Assembly (NCBI GenBank): GCA_018652625.1
Contig: JABIBT010000018.1
Location: forward strand, 4,566-68,565
Source of the DNA: Candidatus Woesearchaeota archaeon
GTDB taxonomy: Archaea; Nanobdellota; Nanobdellia; SCGC-AAA011-G17; PNOQ01
Length of the DNA stretch: 64,000 nt
Direction: 5' to 3'
Position numbers and translations under genes: made by a program. The notes below the pieces were generated by a model, which ran no database searches, had not been told where the DNA came from, and worked only from the letters and a program-made list of their open reading frames with translations. Positions 59,455-64,000 of this stretch are shown here, in pieces. How positions within the stretch are numbered: the first letter of the stretch is position 1; the number at the start of each line of letters is the position of its first letter.

Positions 59455-59528
59455 GGGGTCGTAGTATAAGCTGGTTAGTATGAGAGGCTCCAACCCTCTA
59501 GATCCCGGTTCAAATCCGGGCGACCTCA
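59455..59528 (+). tRNA. tRNA-Trp (anticodon CCA), 74 nt, intronless, CCA not encoded
   Basis: Hand-folded cloverleaf. The acceptor stem GGGGTCG/CGACCTC is 7 bp with one G-U. The D stem is 4 bp, with a GG-containing D loop. The anticodon stem AGAGG/CCTCT has loop CTCCAAC (U33, anticodon CCA, A37). The T arm CCCGG-TTCAAAT-CCGGG is present, and the discriminator is A. Confidence 0.85.
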
Positions 59529-60184
59529 TTTTTCTCAATCTTAAGTCTAGTCATGTTTCTTTCATTATTTGAGCCTATAATCTCAATCCAATTGTTCAAA
59601 GAGTCTGATCTTCTAATTACCAAATCACAGTTTCGAGGATTAGGACCTTTTTTACAAATATATGATCTTATTTCAATTTCTTCCAATTTATTTTTCAACT
59701 CAACTGCTAATTTTTTTAAACAAGCTATTTTAATCAAAGTATACTGATATTTATCTTGTTTCTGAAAAACAACGCAGCCATCTGTATCAAATAACCCGCG
59801 AATAAAACATACAAATAATTCATTTTGATTTAATATCCAATCTGGGATTTTAAGATCTAGTTTTGGTGAGTAAGGCACCTCTAATTCGTTATTAAGAAAT
59901 TCGCAGAGAGTTCTAGAACAAACCCGCACCCTAATAGTATTATCAGCAAGATGGCCAGATATTTTCACATTTCTCAATCCAAATAGTTTTTTCAATAATT
60001 CACCAAGATATTCAAAATAGACTTTATCTTTTTTCAAATTTCCATATAACCTAAGATGAAAACCTTTGCTTACCGAGTTATTCATAGAACCATCTCCAAA
60101 AATAGCACCAACAAGTTCTGCTAATTCTTTTGATCTATCTTCTGGTAAAACCAATCCATTTTTCTTATCCCATCTACGATTCAT
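59510..60184 (-). CDS. two-motif LAGLIDADG-family homing-endonuclease-like protein (free-standing)
   Basis: 'LAELVGAIFGDGS' and 'FIRGLFDTDGCV' are two LAGLIDADG motifs ~100 aa apart in a 224-aa protein. The last 6 codons overlap the tRNA-Trp 3' end on the opposite strand. Confidence 0.55.
   Translation of the reverse strand: MNRRWDKKNGLVLPEDRSKELAELVGAIFGDGSMNNSVSKGFHLRLYGNLKKDKVYFEYLGELLKKLFGLRNVKISGHLADNTIRVRVCSRTLCEFLNNELEVPYSPKLDLKIPDWILNQNELFVCFIRGLFDTDGCVVFQKQDKYQYTLIKIACLKKLAVELKNKLEEIEIRSYICKKGPNPRNCDLVIRRSDSLNNWIEIIGSNNERNMTRLKIEKNEVARI
59529..59535 (+). terminator. T-tract terminator after the tRNA
   Basis: 'tttttct' immediately 3' of the discriminator base. Confidence 0.5.
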
Positions 60185-60285
60185 ACAACAACATCAATCA
60201 AAATAAGTATATAAATAATCTGTCCGTGCATGGCAAGCTGGCAAGAAGAGTAACCTTTAAATAAGCTAATTCTAAAATTAACCTT

Positions 60286-61362
60286 ATGAAAATTACACCG
60301 TACAAAGTGGAAGGAGAAGTAGATTACAACAAAGTAATCAAAGAGTTTGGCGCCTCCAAAATAGATAGTTCTCTAAAGAAAAAATTCAAAAATATAAAAT
60401 TAATAGAAAAAGAGTACTTCTTCGCACATAGAGATTTAGATAAAATAACAAGTAAAAAGTTTGCAATTGTTTCTGGCCGTGGACCAAGCAATAAAATGCA
60501 CCTGGCCCATTTATTAAATTTCAAATTCGTAAAAGAAATGCAGGATAAATTTGACTGTTTTGTTTTCATACCCTTTTCAGACGATGAAAAATTCTTAGTA
60601 AATAGTAAACTAACTATGGAAGAAACACAAAAATTAGCTTATGATAATGCTTTAGATATAATAGCTCTAGGGTTTAATCCTAAAAAAACAGAATTCATGT
60701 TCGATTTTACAAATATTAATCAAGATTTTTACAACTTAACTATAAAATGTGCAAAGGCAACAACTTATGGTACAGTAAAAGCAGCATTAGGTCTAACAAA
60801 CGATAAAAATATAGGTCAATCTTTTTACACAGCCATACAAGCAGCACATATACTTTACCCAACTTACAAATACAAACTTCCTTCTTTGGTTGTAGTTGGA
60901 ATAGATCAAGATGTATTCATAAAATTATCAAGAGACATTGCACACAAATTAAAACTTGAAAAACCAAGTTCAGTAATGTCAAAATTCATGCCAGGACTCT
61001 TAGGAACAGCAAAGATGTCCTCTTCTAATGAATTATCTGCAATTTTCACAACAGATTCACAGAAAGATATTGAAAAGAAGTTAAAAAGAGCATTTTCTGG
61101 AGGAAAAGAAACTATAGAAGAGCATAGAAAGCATGGAGGAAATCCGGATGTGGACGTATGTTTCCAGTATCTTAACTTATTATTAGAAGAAAATGATAAA
61201 AAACTTGAAAAAATTCATAAAGATTACAAATCTGGCAAGATGCTGACTTCAGAATTAAAAGCCTACACAATAAAAAAAGCTCAGAAATTCTTAAAAGAGC
61301 ACCAAAAGAAAAGAGAAAAAGCTAAGAAACAGTTATCTAAGTTTGTAACTACTGCTAAATAA
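60286..61362 (+). CDS. trpS: tryptophanyl-tRNA synthetase (archaeal/eukaryal type)
   Basis: 'SGRGPSNKMHLAHLLNF' (the HIGH-equivalent context of archaeal/eukaryal TrpRS) and 'KMSSS' (the KMSAS-type motif). Confidence 0.8.
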   Translation: MKITPYKVEGEVDYNKVIKEFGASKIDSSLKKKFKNIKLIEKEYFFAHRDLDKITSKKFAIVSGRGPSNKMHLAHLLNFKFVKEMQDKFDCFVFIPFSDDEKFLVNSKLTMEETQKLAYDNALDIIALGFNPKKTEFMFDFTNINQDFYNLTIKCAKATTYGTVKAALGLTNDKNIGQSFYTAIQAAHILYPTYKYKLPSLVVVGIDQDVFIKLSRDIAHKLKLEKPSSVMSKFMPGLLGTAKMSSSNELSAIFTTDSQKDIEKKLKRAFSGGKETIEEHRKHGGNPDVDVCFQYLNLLLEENDKKLEKIHKDYKSGKMLTSELKAYTIKKAQKFLKEHQKKREKAKKQLSKFVTTAK

Positions 61363-61412
61363 TAAATATAGAAAACCTTATAAACCAATTTCTATTCAGA
61401 TTTTTACGTAAA

Positions 61413-62657
61413 ATGTTAGAAAAACTATTACAAAATAAAGTTATAAGAAGAGTGGCCTTACCCATCTTAGCAACTACTTTGTTAACAGCTTGCGCACCAA
61501 GTGCTCTAGCTTCAACTCAAAAACCAAAAACAAGTTTTAATACCCAAAAACCAAGTAGAAATTCAACAAGGCTTGAATCAAGATTAGAAACAGAATTAAA
61601 AGAAGATCCACATTATTTTTTTAATAATCCTTCAGCTCATGAAGGAAACATTGACATCACTTTATTTAAATTTGACAGAACAACAAAGAATCAATATAAG
61701 GTAACTACTAGGGTAACAACCAGCCCATCTGGAGAAGTCCTAAGAAGAGAATTGGTTAATAGGGAGCTAGTAGATTCTGATAGGGGAATATTAAGTGGAA
61801 GAATTCCAGTAGATGGAATAGAAATTAGAGTTTACCAAGAAAAAGGCAAAAAGGTAAGTGATCCATCAATATGGTTTGGGAATAGAGAAAGACAAAGAAT
61901 AAAAAGAACAGATGAAAATGGAAAAGTTAGTTTCTTTTATACTACTGAAAATGAAATATCAAGAGAAAAAGCAAAGAAAGCTACTTTTGATGTTTTAAGA
62001 AAAGATTATGTTTTAGGAACTACTGCTGAATTTTTTTCAGATCTAGAATTGATATTTGGTTCAACAGAAGGAGAATTTAATATTGAAGCAACAAATGAAG
62101 AGGGAGAGGTTCTAGCAACAAAGACCATTAATTTTATGGACCATAAACCTCGTAGTTATAGTCCAATTACAAGCAGGGCAGATAAAGCAATAAGGGCCAG
62201 ATTAGAAAATTATGTACAAGCTACTTTTAAAATGGAGAGAATAGCTGTTGAAGTTAGAGACTTAGAAACAGAATATCCATTAAGTGGAGCACTATTAGAA
62301 TTTAAACCAGTTGAACCATCGGTAAAAGGATTTTCAGATTTACAATATGAATTTTTAAGTAAATATCTAAAAAACCCAAGAGAACATAGCAGATTCTTAG
62401 TTCCTTTAGATCATATAGAAGGAGTTCACTTCATTAGAGAAAGAGATTCTACAAATTCTAGAGGGGTAGTATATGGAAAATCAATAGTGCCATGTTCATA
62501 TGAGGTAAGAGCAATGCATCCAGATTATGGACCTGTTAAAGGAGTTGTAAGATTTGACAAAAAGAGTTTAGAAAAAGAGATATTCTTGCCAAAACAAGCC
62601 CAAACAATAAGATTTAAATTTGGAAAAGGAAAGAAAGGACAAATAAGAGACAAGTAA
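61413..62657 (+). CDS. putative secreted/lipoprotein, function unknown
   Basis: 'LATTLLTACAPSALAS' signal/lipobox-like sequence. Confidence 0.4.
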   Translation: MLEKLLQNKVIRRVALPILATTLLTACAPSALASTQKPKTSFNTQKPSRNSTRLESRLETELKEDPHYFFNNPSAHEGNIDITLFKFDRTTKNQYKVTTRVTTSPSGEVLRRELVNRELVDSDRGILSGRIPVDGIEIRVYQEKGKKVSDPSIWFGNRERQRIKRTDENGKVSFFYTTENEISREKAKKATFDVLRKDYVLGTTAEFFSDLELIFGSTEGEFNIEATNEEGEVLATKTINFMDHKPRSYSPITSRADKAIRARLENYVQATFKMERIAVEVRDLETEYPLSGALLEFKPVEPSVKGFSDLQYEFLSKYLKNPREHSRFLVPLDHIEGVHFIRERDSTNSRGVVYGKSIVPCSYEVRAMHPDYGPVKGVVRFDKKSLEKEIFLPKQAQTIRFKFGKGKKGQIRDK

Positions 62658-62698
62658 TACCAAAACCTTTATAATTTTCTCTGATTAATTTACCAATA

Positions 62699-64000
62699 TG
62701 GATTATTCTAAGCTAGTAAAATATTATCAAGAACTTGAAAAGACCACGAAAAGATTAGAAAAAACAAAAATTATAGCAGAACTTCTAAAAAAAACTCCAG
62801 ATGAACACTTAGAAAAAATTATTTTTTTATTAGAAGGGAGAATTTTTCCAAAATGGGATGAAAGGAAGACAGGAATTTCTTCAAGATTATTAATTAAAGC
62901 CATAAATTCATCTACAGGAGTACCCAATGAAAAAATTGAAAAAGAATGGGTAAAAAAAGGAGATCTTGGAGAAGTAGTTGAGGAATTAATCAAAACAAAA
63001 AAGCAAACAACATTATTCTCAAAGAAATTAACAATAACAAAAGTTTTCGAGAACATAAGAAAGCTATCAGAATTAGAAGGACAAGGAACAATTTCTAAAA
63101 AGATTCAGCTAATAACAGAACTATTTACTTCATCTACTCCGGAAGAGGCAAGATTCATAGCAAGAACAGTAATTGAAGATTTAAGAATAGGGGTAAAAGA
63201 AGGAGTAATCAGAGATGCAATTGTTTGGGCATTTCTTCCAAGAGTAAAGGGAATCAATGAAGAAGGTACAAAAACAAAACCAAAAAAAATAACAAAACTA
63301 AAAAATTCAGATTTAAAATTTAAGTTAATAGAAACAGAAGACCCAAGAAAAACATACAATGAATTATCATCAAAAGTAGAACATGCATATAATTTAACAA
63401 ATGATTATGCAGAAGTTGCTTTAGCTGCAAAGAAACACAAACTAAACAAATTATTTATGCAAGTCGGTAAACCAATAAACCCAATGCTAGCAATAAAAGC
63501 AGAATCTCCTGAAGATGCGTTCAAACATCTAGGAAAGCCAGCTTTATTAGAATATAAATTAGATGGGTTCAGATTACAGATTCATAAAAATGGAGACGAA
63601 ATAAAACTATTCACAAGAAGATTAGAAAATGTAACAAAACAATTTGAAGAAATAATGCCAACAATAAGATCACATGTGAAAGTAAAAAGCTGTATTTTAG
63701 ACTCAGAATTAGTTGGATTTGATCCAAAAACAAAACATTACCTCCCTTTCCAAAATATTTCAAAAAGAATAAAAAGAAAATATGATATAGGTAAAAAATC
63801 AAAAGAACTTCCTGTAGAGATAAATGTTTTTGATATAATTCAAAAAGACAATGAAACTTTAATAGATAAAACACAAGAAGAAAGAAGAAAGATATTAGAA
63901 AAAATAATTAAACAAGAAAAAACAAAAATTATACTAACAAAAAAGTTAGTAACTTCTTCAGAAAAAGAATTAAATAAATTTTACAAAGAATCACTAAAAA
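62699..64000 (+). CDS. lig: ATP-dependent DNA ligase (3'-partial)
   Basis: The ORF is open to the window end. It has adenylation motif I 'EYKLDGFRLQIHK' (KxDGxR), and the N-terminal DNA-binding-domain pattern of archaeal Lig. Confidence 0.75.

Noticed and set aside
1-64000. Looked for CRISPR arrays, rRNA genes, IS/transposase or integrase genes, and long inverted terminal repeats
   Set aside because: None were found. The only repeats seen are the in-gene tandem repeat at 9133-9294, the DHS duplication, and the short hairpin/direct repeat near 8740-8916.

Overview
This is an AT-rich (~30% GC), gene-dense archaeal fragment. Several archaeal/eukaryal-type genes are recognisable by motif: GatD and GatE (archaeal Glu-tRNAGln amidotransferase), XPD/Rad3 helicase, deoxyhypusine synthase, archaeal/eukaryal-type TrpRS, ATP-dependent DNA ligase, FtsZ, and a TrmB regulator. 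An A/T-rich TATA-like box sits ~25 nt upstream of the tRNA gene, with a T-tract terminator just after it. Housekeeping content (CysRS, class II LysRS, TrpRS plus tRNA-Trp, DEAD-box helicase, cold-shock protein, TldD/TldE, agmatinase) is interspersed with many small membrane proteins and clusters of secreted cysteine-rich proteins. Together with the giant surface protein, this pattern suggests a small-genome, possibly episymbiotic (DPANN-like) archaeon; that is inference, not something the sequence proves. No rRNA, CRISPR array or clear prophage/IS element was seen.

The most notable loci are:
(1) 8767-19182: a giant 2767-aa, heavily sequon-decorated, beta-helix-repeat surface protein with both termini predicted cytoplasmic, co-directional with a KaiC/RecA-like ATPase and a bitopic membrane protein.
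(2) 45086-48698: a tightly overlapping four-gene operon encoding a DUF62 SAM hydroxide adenosyltransferase-like protein, a MoaA-like radical-SAM protein lacking the second-cluster cysteines, an alpha/beta hydrolase, and a MetRS-like protein with degenerate HIGH and KMSKS motifs.
(3) 22574-24960: a tandem pair of uncharacterised paralogous bitopic membrane proteins plus a small ORF.
(4) 38240-40225: a recent ~670-bp duplication that leaves an intact deoxyhypusine synthase next to an N-terminally truncated copy.
(5) 59455-61362: a free-standing LAGLIDADG endonuclease gene wedged between tRNA-Trp and trpS.
(6) A secreted papain-like protease and several extremely Cys-rich secreted proteins.
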